A stretch of 64,000 nt of DNA from an uncultured Lysobacter sp. (GTDB lineage: Bacteria; Pseudomonadota; Gammaproteobacteria; Xanthomonadales; Xanthomonadaceae). The stretch lies in assembly GCA_966210725.1 (NCBI GenBank), contig CBIHLN010000004.1:1132-65131 (forward strand), in the 5' to 3' direction. How positions within the stretch are numbered: position 1 is the first letter of the stretch; each line of letters begins with the position of its first letter. A program made the position numbers and the translations under genes. The notes below the pieces were generated by a model. That model made no database searches. It saw only the letters and a list, made by a program, of their open reading frames with translations, and was not told where the DNA came from. Below, piece after piece: positions 1-7,952 of this stretch.

Positions 1-635
1 AAGCGGCACAGGACGCCTTCGAACGCTTCGAATCCAAACTCGCCGAGCGCAGCGAGCCCGGCCGCCAGCTGGCGTCGGCGCGCGCGCTGTTCGACCTGTG
101 GATCGACGCGGCCGAGGAGGCTTACGCCGAGATCGCGCTGTCGCCGCGTTTCCGCGAGACCTACGGCCGCTTCGTCAATGGCCAGATGCGGCTGCGCGCC
201 GCGGTGCAGGGCGAGGTGGAGCACGCGACAGAGCAACTGGGCATGCCCACGCGGACCGAGATCGACGCCGCACACCGGAAGATCGTGCAGCTGGAACGCG
301 AGCTGCGCCGCCTGCGCGACCGCATGGACGACGGCGATGGCGCCGCTGGAGCGCGCTCCAGGGCCCCGCAGGGCGACGCCGACAGGAGCACCCCGCCCAA
401 GCGGACGGCGGTGTCCTCGCCCGCGCGCGCCAGCAAGGCGGCCAAGCCCGCCGCCCGGAAGAGCGACACGCCGACGGCCACGAAGAAGGCGGGGTCGGCC
501 AAGCGCAAGGCCAAGCCCGCGAAGGCATCCGCACCGCGACCGGCCGCCAGGCAGGCCGCCGTGACCTCGAGCAGCGCACCGCGCGCCCCGTCCGCCCCGG
601 CCAAGCGCACGGCCGCCCGCAAGCAGGCCCGCTGA
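1..635 (+). CDS. phaE: Class III PHA synthase subunit PhaE, 5'-truncated by the window edge, with a Lys/Ala/Pro-rich C-terminal tail
   Basis: Frame 3 is open from the window start (AAQDAFERFESKLAE..LFDLWIDAAEEAYAEIALSPRFRETYGRFVNGQMRLRAAVQ..PTRTEIDAAHRKIVQLERELRRLR), which resembles the PhaE C-terminal region. Stop TGA at 633-635 lies 1 nt before the phaC ATG. Confidence 0.8.
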   Translation, partial: AAQDAFERFESKLAERSEPGRQLASARALFDLWIDAAEEAYAEIALSPRFRETYGRFVNGQMRLRAAVQGEVEHATEQLGMPTRTEIDAAHRKIVQLERELRRLRDRMDDGDGAAGARSRAPQGDADRSTPPKRTAVSSPARASKAAKPAARKSDTPTATKKAGSAKRKAKPAKASAPRPAARQAAVTSSSAPRAPSAPAKRTAARKQAR

Positions 636-636
636 C

Positions 637-1737
637 ATGAACGGCATCGACCTCAACGGCCCCATCGGCTTCACGCCCGACACCCTGGCGCAGGAGGCGA
701 TGGCCATGCAGGCCAAACTGCGCGCCGGGCTGGACACACTGCCGCGCGTCGACGATGTCGACTACGGCGCCACGGAGAAGGACGAAGTCTGGCGCGACGG
801 CAAGGTGGTGCTGTACCGCTTCCGCGGCGACACGCTGCCCGGCGGCCGCGCACCGACGGCGAAAGTACCGCTGCTGATCGTCTACGCACTCGTCAACCGG
901 CCGTACATGGTCGACCTGCAGTCGGACAAGTCGATCGTGCGTGGGCTGCTGGAGCGCGGCGAGGACGTGTACGTGCTCGACTGGGGCTACCCGGACCGCT
1001 CCGACCGCTACCTCGAACTCGACGACTACATCCAGCGCTGGATCGGTGGCGCCGTCGACCACCTGCGCCGCACCTACCGGATGGACGCGGTCAACGTGCT
1101 GGGCATCTGCCAGGGCGGTGCGTTCTCGCTGTGCTACAGCGCGCTCAATCCGTCGAAGGTGCGCAACCTCATCACCATGGTCACCCCGGTGGACTTCCAC
1201 ACCGCGGACAACATGCTGTCCAACTGGACGCAGGGCTTGGACGTGGACCTGTTTGTCGACACGCTGGGCAACGTCCCCGCCGACCTGATGAACATGTGCT
1301 ACCTGACGCTCAAGCCGTGGCGGCTGTTCGTGCAGAAGTACGTGGGGCTGGTCGACATCCTGGACGACAAGGCGGCGATCGAGGACTTCCTGCGGATGGA
1401 GAAGTGGATCTTCGACTCCCCGGACCAGGCCGGCGAGGCCTTCCGCCAGTTCATCAAGCAGTTCTACCAGGGCAACGGCTTCGTGCAGGGTGGCATCGAC
1501 ATCGGCGGCCGCCCCGTGGACCTGGCGCACGTCGACATGCCGGTGCTCAACATCTTCGCGCAGCAGGACCACCTGGTGCCGCCGGCGTCGTCGCAGGCGC
1601 TGGGCGGGCTGGTCGGAAGCGACGACTACAGCGAGCTGTCCTTCCGTGGCGGCCACATCGGCATCTACGTCTCCGGCCGCGCGCAGCGCGAGGTGCCCCA
1701 GTCGATCCACGACTGGCTGGCGCAGCGGGCCGGGTAG
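637..1737 (+). CDS. phaC: Class III poly(R)-hydroxyalkanoate synthase catalytic subunit PhaC
   Basis: 366 aa. Lipase box GICQGG (G-x-C-x-G) carries the catalytic Cys. The ~40 kDa size is typical of class III PhaC. It is tightly coupled to phaE. Confidence 0.9.
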   Translation: MNGIDLNGPIGFTPDTLAQEAMAMQAKLRAGLDTLPRVDDVDYGATEKDEVWRDGKVVLYRFRGDTLPGGRAPTAKVPLLIVYALVNRPYMVDLQSDKSIVRGLLERGEDVYVLDWGYPDRSDRYLELDDYIQRWIGGAVDHLRRTYRMDAVNVLGICQGGAFSLCYSALNPSKVRNLITMVTPVDFHTADNMLSNWTQGLDVDLFVDTLGNVPADLMNMCYLTLKPWRLFVQKYVGLVDILDDKAAIEDFLRMEKWIFDSPDQAGEAFRQFIKQFYQGNGFVQGGIDIGGRPVDLAHVDMPVLNIFAQQDHLVPPASSQALGGLVGSDDYSELSFRGGHIGIYVSGRAQREVPQSIHDWLAQRAG

Positions 1738-1815
1738 AGGGATGCCCGCGCCAGTGGCGGAATCCGTGATGCGCCACGCGTACCCGTCCATCACTCCCAT
1801 GACGGTGGAATTCCA

Positions 1816-2589
1816 ATGACGCGCGTGCGCAGGCCGTCCGGCGTCGGCCCAGTGGTTGCCCTGCTCGTTGCCGTCATGCTCGGCGCATGCGCGGCAGCAC
1901 CTTCAATCGATCAGGGCGCCCGCGATCCGCGCGCGGCTGCATCGGACACGGCTGCCGCGCCCGCACCGGATGTCGCGCGCTGGGAACCCGACATCGCCGC
2001 GTTCGAGGCGCGCGACCGCCTTTCGCCCCCGCCCGCAGGCGGTGTCGTCTTCGTCGGCAGCTCGTCGATCCGCATGTGGGACACGCTGGCGCGTGATTTC
2101 CCCGAAGCCGGCGCGGTCAACCGCGGCTTCGGCGGATCGCGCGTGCGCGATTCGGCGCACTACGCCGACCGGATCGTAACGGCCTACCGCCCGCGAGCGG
2201 TGGCGCTGTACGCGGGCGACAACGACCTGGCGGAAGGCCGCACGCCGGACCAGGTCGCGGCGGACTTCAGGACCTTCGTCCAGCGCGTCCGGGCGCGGCA
2301 GCCGGACCTGCCCGTGGCCTTCATCGCGATCAAGCCGAGCCCGTCGCGCGCCGCGCTGCAGCCGGCGATGCAGGCGGCCAATGCGGCGGTCCGCGCCTAC
2401 GCGCAGGAGACGCCCGGCGTGTCGTTCCTGGACGTCCATACGGCCATGCTCGATGCCGGGGGCCGTCCGCGCGGCGAGTTGTTCCTCGACGATGCCCTGC
2501 ACATGAATGCCGCCGGCTACCAGGTGTGGGCGGAGGTTGTGCGCCCGTGGCTGGACGGCCTGCCGGATGCAACGTCGCCATCACGGTGA
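1816..2589 (+). CDS. SGNH/GDSL-family hydrolase lipoprotein
   Basis: 257 aa. Lipobox LLVAVMLGAC. SGNH blocks are VVFVGSSSIRMWD (block I), GFGGSRV (II), LYAGDNDL (III) and DALHMNAAGY (V). Confidence 0.8.
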   Translation: MTRVRRPSGVGPVVALLVAVMLGACAAAPSIDQGARDPRAAASDTAAAPAPDVARWEPDIAAFEARDRLSPPPAGGVVFVGSSSIRMWDTLARDFPEAGAVNRGFGGSRVRDSAHYADRIVTAYRPRAVALYAGDNDLAEGRTPDQVAADFRTFVQRVRARQPDLPVAFIAIKPSPSRAALQPAMQAANAAVRAYAQETPGVSFLDVHTAMLDAGGRPRGELFLDDALHMNAAGYQVWAEVVRPWLDGLPDATSPSR

Positions 2590-2631
2590 CTGGCTAGACT
2601 CGTCGGCTCCCCCCACGAGGAGCCGTTCCAC

Positions 2632-2832
2632 ATGTCCGCAGCCCGTCCCTTCGTCCGATCCCGCCACGACCGCATGATCGGCGGCGTCATGGGCGGCATC
2701 GCCCGGCGCTTCGGCTGGAACTCCACCCTGCTGCGCGTGCTGTTCGTGATCGTGTCGATCGCCTCGGCGGCGTTCCCCGGCATCATCGTGTACCTGCTGC
2801 TGTGGCTGCTGATGCCGGAAGAGGGCGCCTGA
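2632..2832 (+). CDS. PspC-domain membrane protein
   Basis: 66 aa. RSRHDRMIGGVMGGIARRFGWNSTLLRVLFVIVSI is followed by a hydrophobic helix, which is the classic PspC-domain signature. Confidence 0.8.
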   Translation: MSAARPFVRSRHDRMIGGVMGGIARRFGWNSTLLRVLFVIVSIASAAFPGIIVYLLLWLLMPEEGA

Positions 2833-3269
2833 GCCCGACCCGCGCCGCGCTGCTGGCGGCCGGCGTGGCCTGGGCGGCGCCCAATTCACTCGTCGGCCTG
2901 CTGGCCGGCGTCGCGGGCGTTCCGCTGGGGGCCCGCGCCCGGCTGAGCCGGCGCGAACACGCCCTGGTCTTCCAGCATTGGCCGTGGGGCCCGGGCGGCG
3001 CGATCACGCTGGGCAACGTGATCCTGCATACCGGTCCGGACCTGGACTGCCCATGCAGCACCTATGCGCATCGCGCCGGCCATGCCCGCGAAGACGCCAT
3101 CAACCTGGCCGACCACGAACGCGCGCACGTCTTCCAGTACATGGCGCTGGGCCCCCTGTTTCTGCCGCTGTACCTGCTCTGCGGCGGCGTCAGCGTACGC
3201 AACCGCTTCGAGCGCGCCGCCGACCGGTACGCCGCGACCGGCCGCGGCTGGTGGCCCTGGCCCGGCTGA
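2802..3269 (+). CDS. Hypothetical protein with an HExxH motif (HERAH); start uncertain
   Basis: 155-aa ORF from GTG 2802, overlapping the PspC stop by 31 nt. It has hydrophobic N- and C-terminal segments and the motif LADHERAHVFQY. I recognise no family. Confidence 0.45.
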   Translation: MAADAGRGRLSPTRAALLAAGVAWAAPNSLVGLLAGVAGVPLGARARLSRREHALVFQHWPWGPGGAITLGNVILHTGPDLDCPCSTYAHRAGHAREDAINLADHERAHVFQYMALGPLFLPLYLLCGGVSVRNRFERAADRYAATGRGWWPWPG

Positions 3270-3406
3270 ATGCGCGCCTGCATCGAAAGCATCACGAAAC
3301 CTTGACCGGTGGGTAACGGCGCCGGCAGTACGGTAAGGCCGTCAGAGAAAAACCAGAACGGCGGATGTCGCAATGACGGAAGTCGGACTGAAACAGCTCT
3401 GGCGCG

Positions 3407-3456
3407 GAAGGCTCAGCCACCCGAGGCTCAAACCTCGAAGACTGAGCCTTCTTTTC
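3407..3456 (+). terminator. Candidate rho-independent terminator or long stem-loop
   Basis: A 10-bp perfect stem GAAGGCTCAG (3407-3416) pairs with CTGAGCCTTC (3442-3451). It encloses an inner CGAGG/CCTCG hairpin and is followed by TTTT (3452-3455). Confidence 0.45.
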
Positions 3457-3495
3457 GTGCGCGCTTCTCGTGCGCGTGCCCGACTGTCGCCAGCG

Positions 3496-4281
3496 CTACG
3501 ACCGCGGCAGCCGCTCGTGGGACTCGCCCAGCACCGCGCCCCCCGGGCCGAAGCGGCGCTCCATGAAGGTGATTGCCGAGTCCTCGACAAGCACCACCGT
3601 GCTGCAGCGCGTGCCGTACGCCCCACCGAGCACGAACGGCGGGGACAGCGCCCGCTCCAGTTCCATCCCCACGCCGGTATCGGGCAGCGCGTCGTCCGGG
3701 GCCACGCCCGTCTCGGCCAGTGCGTCCAGCAGCGGCGCGAGTTCCACGCGGTCCACGGGGCCTTCCGCCAAGGGTGACGCCAGCCACGCCTCCAGTGCCT
3801 GTGTCGCATGCGTGCTCTTGGGCCACGCGGCATCGAAGGCGCCGTTGGACACTGCGTGCATGCCCGGTGCGACGGCCACGAAGCCGGACTTGGGATGGTT
3901 GCTCGCAAACCCCAGTGCCTCCCCGTCCCATGCCAGCAGGTTGAAGGGGCCGTACAGCGGCGCGGTGGGCATCAGCGATGCCAGCCATGGGAGGGCGGGG
4001 GCCTCGCCACCGGCAAAGCCGTGGACCAGCGCGCCGCGAGAACGCGGTGCCTCGGGGGGACGTGGCCCGGTCCTGACGTTGGTCACGGCCGCCAGCCGTC
4101 CGCGCGTGGACGCCATCAGCCAGCCACCGCCCTGCACGAGGTCGCGCCCGCCGTAGACGTCGGGATGCAGGGGATCGAACCCGGCGGCCGCGGTGGGGCG
4201 TGCATGCGCCTCGTCGCGGTTGGCGATCACGGCCAGCGGGAACCGCGGGTGGACCTTCCAGGCGATGGCGATCAGGCACAT
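3496..4281 (-). CDS. NRDE-family protein (DUF833 / TANGO2-like)
   Basis: 261 aa. The N-terminus MCLIAIAWKVHPRFPLAVIANRDE contains the family-defining N-terminal Cys and NRDE motif. Confidence 0.8.
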   Translation of the reverse strand: MCLIAIAWKVHPRFPLAVIANRDEAHARPTAAAGFDPLHPDVYGGRDLVQGGGWLMASTRGRLAAVTNVRTGPRPPEAPRSRGALVHGFAGGEAPALPWLASLMPTAPLYGPFNLLAWDGEALGFASNHPKSGFVAVAPGMHAVSNGAFDAAWPKSTHATQALEAWLASPLAEGPVDRVELAPLLDALAETGVAPDDALPDTGVGMELERALSPPFVLGGAYGTRCSTVVLVEDSAITFMERRFGPGGAVLGESHERLPRS

Positions 4282-4395
4282 GGGGGCATCCTACCGGCGG
4301 CCCGGCTGCCGTCGGCGCCGCACGGAGAAGACACCGTCGTGCGAGCTGCGCGGGCGATGGCGTCGCCGCCGCGCTCGGCTATACTGCGCGGCCGC

Positions 4396-4482
4396 GCCGG
4401 AGTGGCGGAATCGGTAGACGCAGCGGACTCAAAATCCGCCGCCCTTAAAAGCGTGTGGGTTCGAGTCCCACCTCCGGCACCA
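4396..4482 (+). tRNA. tRNA-Leu (anticodon CAA), class II tRNA with a long variable arm and encoded CCA
   Basis: Acceptor stem GCCGGAG/CTCCGGC. Anticodon stem-loop GCGGA-CT-CAA-AA-TCCGC. T arm GTGGG-TTCGAGT-CCCAC. The overall sequence is very close to enterobacterial tRNA-Leu(CAA), recalled from memory. Confidence 0.92.
4459..4482 (+). repeat. attL core: the 3' end of tRNA-Leu
   Basis: GTTCGAGTCCCACCTCCGGCACCA is identical to 41480-41503. Confidence 0.85.
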
Positions 4483-4528
4483 ACTCCTAGTTTGATGTTG
4501 TCCGCTACAGTCCGAGAATTACTGGCAG

Positions 4529-4553
4529 AACCCCGCTAACGCGGGGTTTTTTT
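4529..4553 (+). terminator. Rho-independent terminator downstream of tRNA-Leu, carried on the island
   Basis: Stem CCCCGC (4531-4536) and GCGGGG (4541-4546) with loop TAAC, followed by a T7 tract (4547-4553). Confidence 0.7.
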
Positions 4554-4596
4554 GTGCGTGCAAGTCTGATGTAGTCCAGTTGAATCCGGCGGGTAA

Positions 4597-4655
4597 TGGG
4601 GGCAGGATTGGGGGCATGAAATGCCCCATTGCGCGTGTGCCCGATTTTGGGGGCA
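4597..4655 (+). promoter_or_regulatory. Cluster of TGGGGGCA repeats, candidate integrase arm-type sites in the left arm
   Basis: TGGGGGCA occurs at 4597-4604, 4609-4616 and 4648-4655, with an inverted imperfect copy at 4622-4628. The third copy abuts the integrase ATG at 4659. Confidence 0.45.
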
Positions 4656-4658
4656 TGA

Positions 4659-5840
4659 ATGGCTAGAGTCTCCAACAAGCTGACTGCGCTCTACGCCAAG
4701 AATGCGGGCCGCGGCAAGCATTTCGATGGCGGCGGTCTCTACCTCGAAGTGATGGCCAGTGGGTCCCGGATATGGCGCATGAAGTACACGCGCGCTGGAA
4801 GAGAGACCCGCGCGACCTTCGGGGCGTTCCCCGAGGTCAGCATTGCGGAGGCGAGGGCTCGGCGCGCGAAGGCTCGGCAGCAGCTACGGGATGGCATTGA
4901 CCCAAATGCCGTCAAATTGCAGCGAGCGAACGCTGCCCGACGGGCCCTGTCTGCGACGTTCCCCCGGGCTGCTTCCGCGTGGCTTTCTCATATGCAGCAG
5001 CAATGGGCTGGTGAGACTCACCGCAAAGCCAAGTACGTGGTCGATGCTTACTTGGCGCCCAAGCTAAGGCATACCTCCATTGAGACGCTCACATCCCCGC
5101 AAGCCAAGGCAGCGTTATCAGGCATTCCGCCTTCACTTGCAGCCAAGGCTCGGGGTTACCTCAACAGCATTGTGAACTACGCGATTCTCGAAGGGCTGCG
5201 GGAGGACGGCCGACTACTCTCTTTGAGAGGTGCCCTGCCCAAGACCGATAAAGGTCATATACCCGCGGCGGTGGAGGTGTCCGAGGTAAAAGCGGTTGCG
5301 CAAGCGATCGCCGCTTATCCCATGAAGGTGACGCGGGCTGCGCTCACCATCTCGATGCTCACCGCCCAGCGCCCTGGCAACGTGGTCTCCATGGAATGGG
5401 CCGAAGTCGACCTGGATGCGGCGGAATGGGCGATCCCTGCGCCGAAAATGAAGATGCGTCACGCACACCTCGTTCCCCTCTCCAGACAGGCCATCGACGT
5501 TCTGCAGTCGATGGCGGTCCACACGGCGGGTCAAAAGCATGTGTTTCCAGCGCTTTATCGCCAGACCACACCCCACCTGCACCGCGATGCTCTCAGCAAT
5601 GCGTTAAGAAAAATGGGGTTTCAAGGCAGGCATGCCACGCACGGATTCAGAGGCATGTTTAGAACGGTGGCACGCGAACGCCTGGGTCTCGCAGCCGATG
5701 TGCTGGAAGCACAACTCGCCCATGCGAAGAAGAACGAGGTGCAGAAAGCCTACGACCGGACACAGTTCTTGGATGAGCGCAGATTGGCTGTCCAGCAGTG
5801 GGCGGACTACTTGGACCGCTTGCTGACGGAGGGGAAATGA
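4659..5840 (+). CDS. int: P4-type tyrosine integrase (DUF4102 N-terminal domain plus phage-integrase catalytic domain)
   Basis: 393 aa. The N-terminus LTALYAKNAGRGKHFDGGGLYLEVMASGSRIWRMKYTRAGRE is typical of DUF4102. Catalytic-domain motifs are TAQRPGN, HATHGFRGMFRT and HAKKNEVQKAYDR (the Tyr region). It lies next to the tRNA. Confidence 0.92.
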   Translation: MARVSNKLTALYAKNAGRGKHFDGGGLYLEVMASGSRIWRMKYTRAGRETRATFGAFPEVSIAEARARRAKARQQLRDGIDPNAVKLQRANAARRALSATFPRAASAWLSHMQQQWAGETHRKAKYVVDAYLAPKLRHTSIETLTSPQAKAALSGIPPSLAAKARGYLNSIVNYAILEGLREDGRLLSLRGALPKTDKGHIPAAVEVSEVKAVAQAIAAYPMKVTRAALTISMLTAQRPGNVVSMEWAEVDLDAAEWAIPAPKMKMRHAHLVPLSRQAIDVLQSMAVHTAGQKHVFPALYRQTTPHLHRDALSNALRKMGFQGRHATHGFRGMFRTVARERLGLAADVLEAQLAHAKKNEVQKAYDRTQFLDERRLAVQQWADYLDRLLTEGK

Positions 5841-6310
5841 GTGAACACGCTCCGCACATCTTCGACTCGTTCCAAGGGATGTGGGAGCACTCGAAGAAGA
5901 GGGCATTGAAAGGCAGCAAGGCGGATGCTCAGTTTTGCCTATGCGTCCTGATGTCAATGATCGAGCGTAATTCTCCTGCTGCAGGACCCGCGCCGCCCGG
6001 CCTTCCGGCATGGATTGTCGAAGAAGCTCGCGATGTTTTTGATGCGGCGATCAAGGCGGGTGGCAGCCTCGACAAGGGCTTCCTTCTCAATGCACGCAGG
6101 GGGCGGAATCTCATGGATAACGCCGAACGCGACTGCCTGATCGACCGGCTCGCACAGGGGTTCGCCTCCCTGGAGGCGTTTGCGGATCAGGCGGAGAGTC
6201 TTGGGATCCCGCCTCCGAAACCTGGAGATGTGTGGACCGCTGATGCCCTGCGAAAAGCTCAACGCGCACATCATCGCAGAATCAAATTGGGACTTTTCTT
6301 TCCTAGCTAG
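5837..6310 (+). CDS. Hypothetical island protein
   Basis: ATG 5837 overlaps the integrase stop (ATGA). 157 aa (MSEHAPHIFDSFQGMWEHSKK...). I recognise no family. Confidence 0.5.
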   Translation: MSEHAPHIFDSFQGMWEHSKKRALKGSKADAQFCLCVLMSMIERNSPAAGPAPPGLPAWIVEEARDVFDAAIKAGGSLDKGFLLNARRGRNLMDNAERDCLIDRLAQGFASLEAFADQAESLGIPPPKPGDVWTADALRKAQRAHHRRIKLGLFFPS

Positions 6311-6365
6311 TCGAGGGTCCGGGGCACAGGATCGGGCGTCCCAACAACGCCAACGAGGTCCGTCT

Positions 6366-6590
6366 GTGCTCGAACTACCCAACTCCGGCTATTTACGCCT
6401 TGCCCAGATCATCGGGGACCCCAAGCGGGGGGTTCCACCGATCATCCCCGTCTCGCGCTCCACTTGGTGGGCCGGAGTGAAGTCGGGGCGATATCCACAG
6501 CCGACGAGGCGCTTAGGTCCGCGCATTACCGCTTGGTCGGTAAGCGATATCCGGCACTTGATCGAGGCCGTGTCCCCTGGTGCCTCATGA
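6366..6590 (+). CDS. alpA: AlpA-family transcriptional regulator / excisionase-like protein
   Basis: 74 aa from GTG 6366. YLRLAQIIGDPKRGVPPIIPVSRSTWWAGVKSGRYPQPTRRLGPRITAWSVSDI matches the AlpA/Xis winged-helix pattern. The longer 6180 start is unlikely. Confidence 0.75.
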   Translation: MLELPNSGYLRLAQIIGDPKRGVPPIIPVSRSTWWAGVKSGRYPQPTRRLGPRITAWSVSDIRHLIEAVSPGAS

Positions 6591-7051
6591 GCCGGCAATT
6601 GCGCGAAGCTTACGGTGACATGCTCCGGCCCCACGCCTGGGATGTGTTTCTAACCCTTACGTTTGATCCCGAGAGGCTTGTCACAAGCTTCGCGACAGCA
6701 TCTGAGGCTGCGGATAAGGCCTTTCGCCGCTTGGTGCAGTTCGCGAATGAGCAGCTGTACGGCCGGAGATGGCTGCGCAAGACGCGGCACAAGGGGCTGA
6801 TTTGGGTGCGGGTCCAGGAGTCCCACCGCAGCGGCCGGCTTCACTACCATGCCTGTCTCCACTCACCCACGGTGCCGTTCACCGACGGATTGAGACGGGC
6901 TATTCGCAGTTGGTGGCGGCAACGCTTTGGCCAAGTGGAGTCCGAGCGTCCGAAATCCAACGAGTTGGTTATTCGTTACATGACGAAGCATGTAAACGAT
7001 CCCGAAAAAGCAGAGTTGAGCTTCTCGCACAACTACCCGAAGCACCGCTAG
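6587..7051 (+). CDS. Small HUH-type Rep-like (replication or nicking endonuclease) protein
   Basis: 154 aa. ATG 6587 overlaps the alpA stop (ATGA). FLTLTF resembles motif 1, RLHYHACLH is an HUH motif, and VIRYMTKHV is a Tyr motif. Confidence 0.6.
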   Translation: MSRQLREAYGDMLRPHAWDVFLTLTFDPERLVTSFATASEAADKAFRRLVQFANEQLYGRRWLRKTRHKGLIWVRVQESHRSGRLHYHACLHSPTVPFTDGLRRAIRSWWRQRFGQVESERPKSNELVIRYMTKHVNDPEKAELSFSHNYPKHR

Positions 7052-7952
7052 GCCGTCACTACGGCCTTCCGGGCAAGACCAAGAGTGACTCTAGGCAGGC
7101 TGTGCATCGGCCGGACTGCCTGTGGCTCTCGCTTTGACGGTCTCCGATTGACCCGCAAGCTGCTCAAGCTTGACCCTGGTCCATGGGTGTTCTCCAGCCA
7201 AACGACGTCATTGGGCAGCCTCCTGCCGCTCGGGGCGCCAAGCACGTTTACGCATGGGGCCTGGATCCCGTCAATCGTGGACCGCTGCAGCTCCTCATAT
7301 TCACCAGCGCGAACCTCAGTGGGCGTCACCTGACAATAACCACATTGGACCTTGCCCCCTCCAGCCCTGAAACCCTGTTGTGGCGGGCATAGAGTGCTAT
7401 ATCGAGAAGGCGGCATTGGTCGCTCGGTGCCCTTATCTCCGGCCAGAGATTCAGCAGCCGTGGTTACCAAGTAGCCGGTCCAAAGTCACCTCGCCTCGCG
7501 CGCGCATATCCATGCCGGCAGACGCAGCAGCGTTCGCAGCTGCGTACGCTGCTGCGAGACGACAACGGCCCGCGCTCGGGAAGACCAGCTTGCCCCACCT
7601 CTACTGCCGGTACTGAGGGGAGGCGCCGCCGGCGTCCCCCGCGACCGTGTCGCAGCGGAGTACCGGGAACGTCGTGCCAACCATTGCTCGATCACCTTAC
7701 GGTGTTGGCATCCGCAGGCGATCGGAAGACGGCTTGGATGCTGCTCGCGCTGATGCCACTGCGCCAGGATTCCCATTTCCGTGGACCAGCCTCGCGGCGC
7801 CGACCAGCCGAGGTTCGCTTCCGACCCGAAGCGGACATCTGTAATGCAGCGATAAGAGCGGTTTATCGCGGGTGGCTAGCGCTCCTCCCCGGCCAGGACG
7901 AGAGGAGGGGGTTACCCCGACCTGCCCCTGTCATCCCGCAACCCCAAAGGGG

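Noticed and set aside
175-1800. 541-aa ORF antisense to phaE/phaC.
   Set aside because: It fully overlaps two genes with clear catalytic motifs. Its Arg/Ala/Gly/Pro/Val-rich composition is typical of shadow frames in high-GC DNA, and it has no recognisable motif.
7048-7470. 140-aa minus-strand ORF in the gap after the Rep-like gene. It contains a CGYC pair and a possible zinc-ribbon hint.
   Set aside because: It has no recognisable family, no clear SD and overlaps other equally weak ORFs. It is retained only as part of the finding on the gene-poor junction.
7826-7885. Short similarities between the two borders of the metal module. CCGAAGCGGAC..AATGCAGCGATAAG at 7826-7855 resembles CCGAAAGCGGAC..AATAGCAGCCAAG at 31968-32000. 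The CGATAAGAGCGGTTTATCGCGGG hairpin at 7848-7870 resembles CGGTAAGCGGGGCTTATCGCGGG at 31852-31874.
   Set aside because: The matches are short (longest exact run about 10 nt), imperfect and not colinear between the two borders. Chance similarity cannot be excluded without a statistical alignment, so they are not called as terminal repeats.
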